64,000 nt of DNA from Candidatus Micrarchaeia archaeon (GTDB lineage Bacteria; Chloroflexota; Dormibacteria; Aeolococcales; Bog-877): positions 44,633 through 108,632 of the forward strand of contig DATLUG010000010.1 in assembly GCA_035533215.1 (NCBI GenBank), read 5' to 3'. How positions within the stretch are numbered: position 1 is the stretch's first letter; every line of letters begins with the position of its first letter. This document shows, piece by piece, positions 33,990-43,565 of this stretch. The position numbers and the translations under genes were made by a program. The notes below the pieces were generated by a model. It did not search any database. It saw nothing but the letters and a program-made list of their open reading frames with translations, and was not told the DNA's origin.

Positions 33990-34361
33990 TATGGGGCCCC
34001 CGGCGACGGCCCGCCGGGCCCGCGGGCTGGCCACCGCCGGCCGGGATCGCGCTCAGGGTGCGGCGGCTGCCGTCCGGGTTGACGAGCACCAGCCCCGCGT
34101 CCGGGGCGAGCGTCTCCGCCACCAGCTCCGCCCCCTGCCACACCTGCCAGATCCGCGCTGAGACCGGGCCACCCCCTGACGGCGCTGGGCCCCGGCCGCG
34201 TAGATCTCGCCGAGGAGGCGCGCGACCCTGGGCGGGATGGGACGGCCGCTGCCCCAGGCGGTGGCGACGTACGGGGCCGCCGTCCCGTACACGATGCGCT
34301 GCACCGCCTGGGCCACCGCCTCGGCGGCGGGGACGCTCCACTGATCACCGTCGATGAGCAT
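33990..34361 (-). pseudogene. Frameshifted small ORF of unknown function
   Basis: From the ATG at 34361, MLIDGDQWSVPAAEAVAQAVQRIVYGTAAPYVATAWGSGRPIPPRVARLLGEIYAAG reads with strong GC3. Near 34170 the coding signal moves to another frame (RIWQVWQGAELVAETLAPDAGLVLVNPDGSRRTL). The 3' end is undefined. Confidence 0.3.
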
Positions 34362-34792
34362 CCCCGGGTCCGCGCTGGTCACCGCCCGGGCGCGCGCCGT
34401 CCACTGGGCCGGGCGAACGGGTCGGCAGCCGGGCGGCCACGGGGAGCTGTGCCAATGGGAGGTGTCCATCGGCGAACTTCTGACCGCCCCAGACGCCAGT
34501 GCGCGTCACGCCTGCGCGGGGCTGATCGTGTGGCGGAGTCTGGCCCCACCTGGTCACGGGCAGGGGGCGCTCCCTCAGGTGTCGGCCCATGAGTCGGGTC
34601 GCTGCCGGCGACAAGCCGACGAAGTGGAGACGTCGCCGGCAGCGAGCCCGTCCTGACGCCGGCGAATCGCGATGGGCCCCGAGCGAGTCGGCAGGCCGGC
34701 GCTCTCCTCGTGTCGCAGCTGGGCGCCGGGGAGTGAGGACCGCGGGCGTTTCGCGCGGGAGTTCGTCGCCGGGGGGCGCCGCATCGACGATC

Positions 34793-34845
34793 GGGGAGCG
34801 ACCGGGCGGAGTCCGGGGGGAGCGACCGGGCGGTGCGACCGGCGG
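34793..34845. repeat. Short tandem repeat, 24-nt period, about 2.2 copies
   Basis: The perfect 17-mer GGGGAGCGACCGGGCGG occurs at 34793-34809 and 34817-34833, followed by the partial copy GCGACCGGCGG. Confidence 0.7.
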
Positions 34846-34871
34846 CCCATCGCAGTAGCAGGAGACTGTCC

Positions 34872-36070
34872 ATGACGCGGTACGTGACCGCGAACTGCCT
34901 GATCGACGGCACCGGCGCGGAGTCTGTTCGTGACGGTGCGTTGTGGTTGAGGGCGAGCGAATCCGGGCGGTTGGCTCGCGCGCGTCGGTTCCGTGCCCAG
35001 ACGGAGCCACCGAGTTGCGGCTGGGACCGCGGACAGTGCTCCCCGGCCTCATCGACATGGATGCTCACCTGGGGGTCGGCGAGGTGGTGCGACCGCCTTT
35101 CTGGATCGACCAGACTCCGGTGGCGACCAGTCTGGCCGTGGGGAACTGCCGCGAGGCGCTCGATCGCGGCGTGACGACGGTGCGAGATGTTGGCTCGCGG
35201 GGCGACGTCGGGGTGGTGGTGCGATGGGCGGTGGACCACGGGATGATCGAGGGGCCCCGAGTCTACACGGCCCGAAACATCATCTGTATGACCGGCGGTC
35301 ACGGGTCGGCGGGAGAGCCCGGGCTCGGCCATGAAGCCGATGGGATTGACGGAGTCCGGCGTGCCGTGCGGGAGCAGGTCAAACACGGAGCCGATCTGAT
35401 AGCAGTGGCCACCAACGGGCCGTTGAACATCCCCGAGTTCAGCCAGGATGAGCTCAGCGCACTGGTCGACGAGGCGCACAATGATGGACGCCGAGTGGCC
35501 GGCCATGCGTCTATTCTTCCCTCCACCCGCCGTGCGATCGCCGCTGGCGTCGACACCATCGAGCACGGTTGCGATCTGGACGGGACCGCGGTGGAGCCGA
35601 TGGTCGCGGCCGGCATCACCTTGGTGCCCACCCTTCTGGTCCATATCCGCACGGTGGAGAACTGGGACCGGTTCAAGGACCATCGGATGTACCAGGCGAT
35701 TCCGATTCGCACCCGCACCCACCGCCGGAGCTTTGAACTTGCATTGTCGGGTGGCGTCCGGATCGCAGCCGGGGTCGACGCGGGCGGCGAGTCGATCCTC
35801 GGATTCGCCGCAGTGGCCGAGGAGGTGGCCGCCATGACTGCGTATGGCATGGACCCGACGCTGGGGATCGCGGCGGCAACTGGCAGGGCCGCTGAGGCGC
35901 TTGGGGTCGAGGCCGAGCTGGGAACACTGGCACCCGGCCTGTGGGCGGACCTGATCGCGGTGGATGGCGATCCTATCCACGACGTCGCAGCGCTGCAGCG
36001 CGTGGTGCTCACCATGAAGGGGGGACGCGTGCTGCGGTCGGCGATTCCATCCGTGCCCTTGGAACGATAG
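34872..36070 (+). pseudogene. Amidohydrolase (imidazolonepropionase/prolidase-like) gene interrupted by a 1-nt frameshift; atypical codon usage
   Basis: An AGGAG SD and the ATG at 34872 give the family-typical N-terminus MTRYVTANCLIDGTGAESVRDGALW. The homologous continuation VEGERIRAVG...PGLIDMDAH is in the +1 frame from about 34943. The total length is not a multiple of 3. Many A/T-ending codons are present. Confidence 0.65.
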
Positions 36071-36418
36071 TATTGCAGTGGAGCGCGTCCCAGTTCGGAG
36101 ATCTGCCTGGCAGGGCTGTGAGGGTAGTGATTGGGGACTCGACCGGGGTGCCGGCGGTCGGGGCTGACACGTGGCGAAGCCCGGCGGATCGATTGGGATC
36201 GATCCCGATGCAGGGGGACCATCTGGGTCAGTGTGGGGGCGAGTCTGTCCGACTCCCCGCGGCCCATGCGTCAGCAGCGGTGTCCGCACTCACGCCAAGC
36301 AGCTGCCACTCGACGACGGGACGTCGAGCCGCAGGCGCGTCTGGGGAGGGCAGCGCGGAGGCGGTTGGGGGCAAGACGGCTCGATCACCGTGCGGCAGGG
36401 GTTGGGGGAGGTCGCCGA

Positions 36419-36946
36419 TCACTCGCGCGTCAGGTCGGCGACCGCTGGTTTGGCGCTCTGGCCGTCGACGAGCGCGCGGCTCTGAGCTGCGACGGCGATG
36501 AGGGCGCGGGAGGCGTCATCGGCGAGGGCAGGGAGCGGGCCGTCGGCGACGCGGCGGATCCGAGCGGCGGCGTCGCGATGAGCCGGGCGTCGGTCTGGCC
36601 GACCAGGGCGAGGTGGTTTGGGAGGTTCCGGCCGGACGTGCCGGAAGGGGACGCGCTGGCCGAGGGCGATGAGCGCCCCATGCGCAGACCGCGGGTTCTG
36701 GTGGGCTGGCGCACCCAGGAGGCCGGCGAGCGGCGTGGCGACCTCCAGCTCAGCCGTCGTCAGGAGCCCGAGCTCCTCCAACCGGTCGGGGGTGAGGAGG
36801 TGGGTCCCGTCGACGATGAGGAGCACGCGGCGATGGCGCTCGACCGCCTCGGCATCGGGTTCCGGGCCGACGCGTGCCGCCGTATCGGAGGGTGAGCGGC
36901 CGGCCGCTCCTTGTGTCCGGAATGCGCCCGGGCGTCGCTCGGACAC
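36419..36946 (-). pseudogene. N-terminally truncated, degenerate ExeA/TniB-like AAA ATPase (transposition-helper type), a mobile-element remnant
   Basis: VLLIVDGTHLLTPDRLEELGLLT resembles the Walker B (DEAxxL) plus LEELRLLTN region of this family, but with the acidic residues lost. There is no Walker A anywhere upstream, and the region has lower GC. Confidence 0.45.
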
Positions 36947-37781
36947 TCATTCCGGGGTCTGCATGTTGAGCCAGCTGGGGGCCGCCAGCTGGCCGGCGCC
37001 GGAGCGGTCGGCGGCGCGAACTCCCGCCAGGCGCCGCAGCGGGTCTGACCGACTCGTCATGACCGTGACCGGCGTCGACCCGCACCGAGCCCTCGACAGC
37101 CCGGCGGGGCAGGCGCATGGAGCGGAGGACCGCTCGCCGCCATGCGTGGGCCGATGCCGGGCGCGCCAGCTGGTGGCCGGACGGATCGGGCAGGCTGGGG
37201 GGCCCGTACACAGGACGCCCGGAGATGCGGATACTGCGTGACAGGGCCACCGGCACTCCTGGAGGACCGTTCCGCCGTGACCATCCCCGTGAGCGCGACG
37301 CACGCCCAAGCGCTCCCACCGGCGGCCCGCCAGCGGGCGCGGCGGCCCCGCTCGCGGCGGGCCGGGTACGCCACCGCGGACGTGTTGCGCACGTCGACGG
37401 CGTCGCGGCGGGCTGCTCCCGACTCCCCCCGCTCGCGTCGGGCGGGGGGAGGTGCGCCGGCACCACGGATCTCGCCGTCTCCCCGGACTCCCCCCAGGGT
37501 GACCGGGACCATGCGTCGTCCGCGGGAGGCTTCCCGGTGACGCGCCGGAAGGCCCCGACCGTGCCTGCGGACCCGACCTCGGCGACCCCTCCACCTCGTT
37601 CGGAGCCGGGCGCCGGAGCCCACTGATCAGCCGAGAAGGGGCGGTCCGGCACCGCCCGCTGCGGCCGGCCGGGCTGGGACGCCGGGTGTGGCCCGCGCCC
37701 CATCGGTCGCCCCGCCGTGACCGCCGGGCGGCTCCCGCTTGCCCGGTCCCGTATGACCGTGCCTGGCGGCGTCCGACCTAG

Positions 37782-38792
37782 GTGGGGCAGAGCCTCGGCC
37801 TCCTCGCCGGCAGCCTCCTGCTCATGGTGGTCGCCGCGGAGCTCTTCACCAACGCGATCGAGTGGGTGGGGAGCCGGCTCAACCTCGCGGAGGGTGCCAC
37901 CGGCAGCCTCCTCGCGGCGGTGGGCACGACCCTGCCCGAGAGCATCGTCCCGGTCGTCGCCCTGGTCGGCGGCCGACCGGGTGCGACCGGGATCGCGGTG
38001 GGGGCGATCGTCGGCGCGCCCCTCCTCCTCGCCACCGCCGGCGCGGCCATCACCGCCCTGGCGGCGCTCGCCGCCCGCCGGCGGTGGCTCGCCGTCGACG
38101 TCGGACACGTGCGCCGCGACCTCACCACCTTCCTCGTCAGCTTCGGTCTCCTCATCGGCAGCACCGTGTTGCCGAGGCCGGTCCACCTGGGGCTGGCGGT
38201 CCTGCTCGTCCTCCTGTACGGCGCCTACGTCGCTCGCACCCTGCGCGCGGCGCGGGGCGGCCCGGCGGCGTTCCCCGAGCCGCTCCACCTGCTGCGCCTG
38301 GGGCGCCGTCCCGTTCCGGGCGGGACCCCGGCCCGGCCCGGCTGGCTTCCGCTGGTCGTCCAGGTGATGGTCGGGGCCGCGGCCCTGGTCGTCGCCGGAA
38401 ACCTCTTCGTCGCCGCCCTCCACGGCCTGGCCGCGGGGGTGAGGCTCCCGGCGCTGGTCCTGTCGCTGATCCTGGTGCCGATCGCGACCGAGCTGCCGGA
38501 GACGCTGGCGGGCGTGCTCTGGGTGCGGGGCGGCCACGACGGGCTGGCGCTGGGCAACATCGCCGGGGCGATGGTGCTGCAGTCCACCCTCCCCGCCGTC
38601 ATCGGGCTCGGCTTCACCCCCTGGCGGCTGACCCGGCCGGCGCTGCTGGCCGCGGCCGCCGCCGCCGCCGGCGCGCTGCTCATGCTGGCGTGCCTTCGCC
38701 GCGGGCGCGGGTTGGAGGCGCGCGCGGTCGCGGTCGGCGGCCTCTGCCTCTACGCGGCCTACGTCGCCGCGGCCCTGGGCCTGCGCGGCTGA
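37782..38792 (+). CDS. Sodium/calcium exchanger (CaCA family) membrane protein
   Basis: The two alpha-repeat motifs are GTTLPES and ATELPET, and the protein is polytopic. Confidence 0.85.
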   Translation: MGQSLGLLAGSLLLMVVAAELFTNAIEWVGSRLNLAEGATGSLLAAVGTTLPESIVPVVALVGGRPGATGIAVGAIVGAPLLLATAGAAITALAALAARRRWLAVDVGHVRRDLTTFLVSFGLLIGSTVLPRPVHLGLAVLLVLLYGAYVARTLRAARGGPAAFPEPLHLLRLGRRPVPGGTPARPGWLPLVVQVMVGAAALVVAGNLFVAALHGLAAGVRLPALVLSLILVPIATELPETLAGVLWVRGGHDGLALGNIAGAMVLQSTLPAVIGLGFTPWRLTRPALLAAAAAAAGALLMLACLRRGRGLEARAVAVGGLCLYAAYVAAALGLRG

Positions 38793-38829
38793 GGCGACGG
38801 CCGCGCCCGGGCGGCCCGGCCCGGACCGC

Positions 38830-40662
38830 TCAGCCGGGGCCGCCGACCGGGTACTCGGGACTCTGCACCACCGTCCGGCCCTCCTCACGGAGGGCGGCGA
38901 GACGGTCCCGGACCGTGGCGGCGGCTTCGCCGGCCGCCACCACCTCGGTCGCCTCGCCGTCGCGGCGGCGCAGTTCCACCCCGCCGGCAGCCAGCGAGCG
39001 CGGGCTGACCGTGACCCGCAGCGGCATCCCGAGGAGGTCCGCGTCGGCGAACTTCACCCCGGGGGCCACGTCGCGGTCGTCGTCGAGCACCTCGATGCCA
39101 TCGGCCTCCAGCGCCGCCGCCAGCGCGTCGGCCGTCGCGCCCACCTCGGCGTGCGCCCCGCCCAGCCGGACCAGGTGGACCGGGAAGGGGGCGACCGCGA
39201 GCGGCAGCCGCAGGCCCCGATCGTCCCGGTGGGCCTCGGCGACGCAGGCCAGGATCCGTCCCATGCCGATGCCGTAGCAGCCCATGACGATCGGGTGGAG
39301 CGCCCCCTCGGCGTCGCTGTAGGTGGCGCCCATCGGCTGGCTGAAGTGGGTGCCGAGCTGGAAGGTGTTGCCGACCTCCACCCCCCGGCGGAGGTGCAGC
39401 GGGGCCCCGCAGCGAGGGCAGGCGGCGCCCTCGGCGGCGGCCGCGATGTCACCGACAACGTCGGCTTCGAAGTCGCGGCCGAGGTTCACGTTGCGGAGGT
39501 GGAATCCCTCCTGGTTGGCGCCCGCCACCAGATTGTGGCTGGCGGCGACCAGGTCGTCCACCGCCACCACCATCCCCTCGCGGCGGAGGCCGACTGGCGA
39601 CGCGTACCCGGGCTCGACCCCGGCCGCGCGGATCCGCTCCAGCTCGGCGGGTCGCAGCCACCTGGCCCCGATGAGATTGCTGAGCTTGGTCTCCTCGACC
39701 TCCATGTCGCCGCGGACCAGCGCCATGACCAGGACCTCGGGGGAGGTCCTCGCCCCGGCCCGGGGGGCGCCCTCGGCCGGAGCCGGCTCCGCCGGGGCTC
39801 CGAGCGCGGCGGCGAACAGCACCACCTTGGCGGTGCGCTCGGGCCCGATCCGAAGCGTGCGGGTGAGGCTGGCGATGGTGGCGGCGCCGGGCGTCGCCAC
39901 CATCGCCAGGGGGGCCGGCTCCTCGGCGGCGGGCGTGGGCTTGGCGAAGCGCGCCACCTGGCGGTTGGCGGCGACGTCGCACCGCTCGCAGACGACCAGG
40001 ATGTCCTCGCCGATGGGGGAGAGGTACATGAACTCATGGGTGACGGTGCCGCCCATCATCCCCGGGTCGGCGTCCACCGCCAGGAGGTCGGTCAGCCCGC
40101 AGCGGGTGAAGATCCGGTGGTAGGCGGTGAAGTGGCGCGCGTACTGGGCCTGGAGGCCCAGCAGGTCCACGTCCAGCGTGTACGAGTCCTTCATCGCGAA
40201 CTCCCGGGTGCGGATCAGCCCGGCCCGGGGCCGCGGCTCGTCCCGGAACTTGGTCTGGATCTGGTACAGGCAGAGCGGCAGCTGGCGGTAGCTGGTGATC
40301 TCGCGGCGGGCGAGATCGGTGACCACCTCCTCATGGGTCATGGCCAGGACCATGTCCCGGCCGGCGCGGTCCTGGAACCGCACCATCTCCTCGCCGACCG
40401 ACTGCCATCGACCGCTCTGCTGCCAGATCTCGGCTGGCTGGACCACCGGCAGGAGCACCTCCTGCCCGCCGATGGCATCCATCTCCTCCCGGACGATGGC
40501 CTCGATCCGGTGCAGGGCGCGGGTGCCCAGGGGCAGCGCGCTGAAGATCCCAGCGCTCAGCTGGCGCACGTAGCCGGCACGAAGCAGCAGCTGGTGGCCG
40601 ACGACGTCGGTCTCGGCGGGGGTGCCGCGCAGGCTGCGGGGGAAGAGGACCGAGAGGCGCAC
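38830..40662 (-). CDS. proS: Proline--tRNA ligase (bacterial type with editing insertion)
   Basis: N-terminus is MRLSVLFPRSLRGTPAETDVVGHQLLLRAGYVRQL. Class II motifs are FRDEPRPRAGLIRTREF and GCYGIGMGR. The start is GTG. Confidence 0.95.
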   Translation of the reverse strand: MRLSVLFPRSLRGTPAETDVVGHQLLLRAGYVRQLSAGIFSALPLGTRALHRIEAIVREEMDAIGGQEVLLPVVQPAEIWQQSGRWQSVGEEMVRFQDRAGRDMVLAMTHEEVVTDLARREITSYRQLPLCLYQIQTKFRDEPRPRAGLIRTREFAMKDSYTLDVDLLGLQAQYARHFTAYHRIFTRCGLTDLLAVDADPGMMGGTVTHEFMYLSPIGEDILVVCERCDVAANRQVARFAKPTPAAEEPAPLAMVATPGAATIASLTRTLRIGPERTAKVVLFAAALGAPAEPAPAEGAPRAGARTSPEVLVMALVRGDMEVEETKLSNLIGARWLRPAELERIRAAGVEPGYASPVGLRREGMVVAVDDLVAASHNLVAGANQEGFHLRNVNLGRDFEADVVGDIAAAAEGAACPRCGAPLHLRRGVEVGNTFQLGTHFSQPMGATYSDAEGALHPIVMGCYGIGMGRILACVAEAHRDDRGLRLPLAVAPFPVHLVRLGGAHAEVGATADALAAALEADGIEVLDDDRDVAPGVKFADADLLGMPLRVTVSPRSLAAGGVELRRRDGEATEVVAAGEAAATVRDRLAALREEGRTVVQSPEYPVGGPG

Positions 40663-40671
40663 GGGCGCCCC

Positions 40672-40677
40672 ATCCTA
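40672..40677 (-). promoter_or_regulatory. Candidate -10 hexamer (TAGGAT on the minus strand) for a leaderless proS transcript
   Basis: TAGGAT lies 9 nt upstream of the GTG at 40662, and there is no SD. Confidence 0.35.
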
Positions 40678-40816
40678 CCCGGTCGCCCCGACCGCCCCGG
40701 GGCCGGGTCCGGCCCCGATCGGGACCGGACCGAGCCCGCCCCGCCGCCTGGGCGGCGACGCTGGCGGTAGACTGACCGGGTCGTCGGCTGGTCGTGGGAG
40801 GACGCCACCGGACACG

Positions 40817-41557
40817 ATGGAGCATGCTCGCCGCCGCCCGCTCCGCCGCGCCGGAGCCCCGGCCGCCGCCGGGGCCGTCGTGGCCGCTGTGCTCGCCCTC
40901 GCCGGGTGCGGGGCGACCACGGGGGTGGATCCGTCCGCCGTCCGCCTGGTGGCGGCGGCCGCCTCGGCCATGTCGCGGGCCCCCGCCCACGAGCTCCTGG
41001 GCAGCGCGCGCGCCGGCCCGGCGGTCGTGCGCTTCGTGGTCACCGTGATCCCGGGTGGCGCGTTCGCGGGCTCGGTGGAGGCCACCGCGCCACGGATGGG
41101 GACGCTCCGCAGCGATGTCATCGCCGTCCGCGGCCGGGTCTTCGTGCGATCGCCGATGGAGCTCGCCCGCCTCGGGATCACCCACCTGCCCGGGCACCGC
41201 GACCCGGCCCGCACCTGGGTGCTGCAACCCGCCCGGATCGCCGCCCAGTACCGCGGCAACGTCGCGCCCTTCACCGGCGCCGGCCTCGGTCAGACCCTGC
41301 GCCGCTACTTCCGCCACGCGCGGATCGCCGGGCGCTGCCGGGTCGGGGCGGTGCGGGCGTTCAAGCTCGTCGCCGGGGGCGGTGGCATGCGCGCGGTGGT
41401 GTACGTTGGCGCGGTGACCCACGACGTCCTGCGCCTGGCGGTGACCGGGGCAGAGCCGGTGGTCCTCGCCTTCCGCGACTTCGGTCACGCCGGCCGGGTG
41501 GCCGCCCCGCCCACCGCCGTCACGTACACCCCGCCGCAGCTCGCCCCCGGCACCTGA
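40817..41557 (+). CDS. Putative lipoprotein
   Basis: ATG at 40817. The signal peptide has the lipobox LALAGC. Confidence 0.65.
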   Translation: MEHARRRPLRRAGAPAAAGAVVAAVLALAGCGATTGVDPSAVRLVAAAASAMSRAPAHELLGSARAGPAVVRFVVTVIPGGAFAGSVEATAPRMGTLRSDVIAVRGRVFVRSPMELARLGITHLPGHRDPARTWVLQPARIAAQYRGNVAPFTGAGLGQTLRRYFRHARIAGRCRVGAVRAFKLVAGGGGMRAVVYVGAVTHDVLRLAVTGAEPVVLAFRDFGHAGRVAAPPTAVTYTPPQLAPGT

Positions 41558-41558
41558 G

Positions 41559-42515
41559 GTGGCGATCCGGGTCGGGGCCCACGTCTCCGCCACCGGGGGT
41601 CTGCTCAGCGCCCTCGACCGCGCCGCGGCGATCGGCGCCGAGGTGGTCCAGGTCCACCCCACCGCCCCGCAGACCTGGCGCCGGCTCACCCTCGACGCGG
41701 AGGCGATCGGGGACGTCCGAAAGCGGATGGCGGGGGCGGGACCGGACACCGTGTTCTTCCACGCCGTCTATCTCGTGAACCTCGGCACCCCGCGGCCGGA
41801 GCTCCTCAGCCAGTCGGTGGGATCGCTGCGCCACTACCTCGAGCTGGCGACATCGCTCGGGGTCACAGGCGTGATCTTCCACCCCGGCTCCCACCGCGGT
41901 CAGGGGTTCGACGTCGTGCTCCCGCAGCTGGCCCGGTCGATGCGCGAGGCCCTCACCGGCGCCGGCCCCGACACCCGCCTCCTGATCGAGAACAGCGCCG
42001 GCGCCGGCGACAACATCGGCTCCACCTTCGCCCAGATCGCCCGCATGCTGGAGGCGGTGGACGACGCCCGGCTGGGCGTCTGCGTCGACACCGCCCACAC
42101 CCTCACCGCCGGCTACGACATCGCCAGCGAGGCCGGCCTCGCCCGCACCCTCGACGAGCTGCAGTCCGCCGTCGGGATGGATCGGGTGCTCGCCGTCCAC
42201 GCCAACGACTCCAAGGCGCCGCTGGGCTCCAATGTCGACCGCCACGAGAACATCGGGCTCGGGTACCTGGGGGACGACGGGCTGCGGCGGATCTGCCGCG
42301 AGCCCCGCCTCGACCGGTTGCCCTTCATCCTGGAGGTGCCGGGGCTGGAGCGTCAGGGACCGGACCGGGCCAACGTCGCCCGCCTGCGCGAGCTGGCCGG
42401 GCTTCCGCCCCTGCCCCCCCTCGTCGCGGACGCCGCCCAGCCCCCGCCCGGGGCCGCGACCGAGCCCGATCCCGGGGCGGTGGCCCGGGCCCGGGGCGCC
42501 CAGCCGGTCCGGTGA
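41559..42515 (+). CDS. nfo: Endonuclease IV (deoxyribonuclease IV)
   Basis: Motifs are IRVGAHVS, IFHPGSH, LIENSAG, CVDTAHT and HANDSK...DRHENIG. Confidence 0.92.
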   Translation: MAIRVGAHVSATGGLLSALDRAAAIGAEVVQVHPTAPQTWRRLTLDAEAIGDVRKRMAGAGPDTVFFHAVYLVNLGTPRPELLSQSVGSLRHYLELATSLGVTGVIFHPGSHRGQGFDVVLPQLARSMREALTGAGPDTRLLIENSAGAGDNIGSTFAQIARMLEAVDDARLGVCVDTAHTLTAGYDIASEAGLARTLDELQSAVGMDRVLAVHANDSKAPLGSNVDRHENIGLGYLGDDGLRRICREPRLDRLPFILEVPGLERQGPDRANVARLRELAGLPPLPPLVADAAQPPPGAATEPDPGAVARARGAQPVR

Positions 42516-43528
42516 CGGCGGCGCCGGACCGCCGGCCGGCCGGCGGCTCCGCGGAGGGCGGCACCGTCGCCGGCGTCGACTTCGGACGCACCTGGCTGCG
42601 GCTCGCCCTCGGGAACCGGTCGGGGTCGGTCCTGGCGCAGGAGCGGGTTCCAACCGGGCCCGACCGCCGGCCCGGCGCGGTGATCCCCCTCCTCATCGAG
42701 GGGCTCCGCCGGCTGTGCGCCGCCGCCGGGCTGGCGCCCTCCGGGCTCGCGGCGGTCGCGATCGGCGCCCCCGGTCCGCTCGACCCCGATCGCGGGGTGC
42801 TCCTGCGCCCGGCGAACCTGCCCGGCTGGGACGGTGTGCCGCTGGCCGCGCTGGTCGAGGCGGCGCTCGGGGCCCCGTGCCGGGTCGAGAACGACGCCAA
42901 CCTGGCCGCCCTGGCCGAGCACCGCACAGGGGCCGGCGCGGGCACCCGCAACTTCGTCTACGTCACCGCCAGCAGCGGGATCGGAGCCGGGCTGGTGTTC
43001 GAGGGCCGGCTCTACCGGGGATCCTTCGGGACCGCCGGCGAGCTGGGCCACACGGTGGTGGACCCCTCGGGTCCGCGCTGCGATTGCGGCAACCGGGGCT
43101 GCCTGGAGGCGATCGCGTCGGGGACCGCGATCGCCTCCAGGGCCGAGCGGGCGCTGGCGGAGGCGGGCTCGGACGCCGACGGACCGCTCGGACGGAGGGC
43201 GGCCGCCGGGCCCCTGGACGGCTCCGCGGTGGCGGCGGCGGCCGCGGCCGGCGACCCGATCGCGATCGGCGTGCTGACCTCGGCGGCGCACCAGCTCGGC
43301 CTCGCCCTCGGGGGCCTGGTCAATCTCCTGGGACCGGACGCCATCGCCGTCGGCGGCGGCGTGACCCAGGCCGGACCCCTGTTCTGGGACGCGCTCCGAC
43401 GCGGGCTGGCGGCGGGGAGCTTCCCCGACATCCTGGCCCGCTGCCGCGTCGGGCCGGCCCAGCTCGGACAGGACCAGGGGGTGATGGGCGCCGTGGCGTG
43501 GGCCGCCCTGGCGGCGGGGGAGGGCTGA
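42512..43528 (+). CDS. ROK family sugar kinase (glucokinase-like)
   Basis: GTGA overlap with nfo. Motifs are GVDFGRT and GELGHTVVDPSGPRCDCGNRGCLE (ROK Zn motif). Confidence 0.88.
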   Translation: MTAAPDRRPAGGSAEGGTVAGVDFGRTWLRLALGNRSGSVLAQERVPTGPDRRPGAVIPLLIEGLRRLCAAAGLAPSGLAAVAIGAPGPLDPDRGVLLRPANLPGWDGVPLAALVEAALGAPCRVENDANLAALAEHRTGAGAGTRNFVYVTASSGIGAGLVFEGRLYRGSFGTAGELGHTVVDPSGPRCDCGNRGCLEAIASGTAIASRAERALAEAGSDADGPLGRRAAAGPLDGSAVAAAAAAGDPIAIGVLTSAAHQLGLALGGLVNLLGPDAIAVGGGVTQAGPLFWDALRRGLAAGSFPDILARCRVGPAQLGQDQGVMGAVAWAALAAGEG

Positions 43529-43565
43529 GACGGCGACCGAACCGAGCGCGGCGGCGCTGCGGTCC

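Noticed and set aside
36228-36422. A 64-aa minus ORF coupled by GTGA to the ATPase remnant.
   Set aside because: It has no motif and mixed codon bias. It lies in a region of evident gene decay, so the overlap is probably coincidental.
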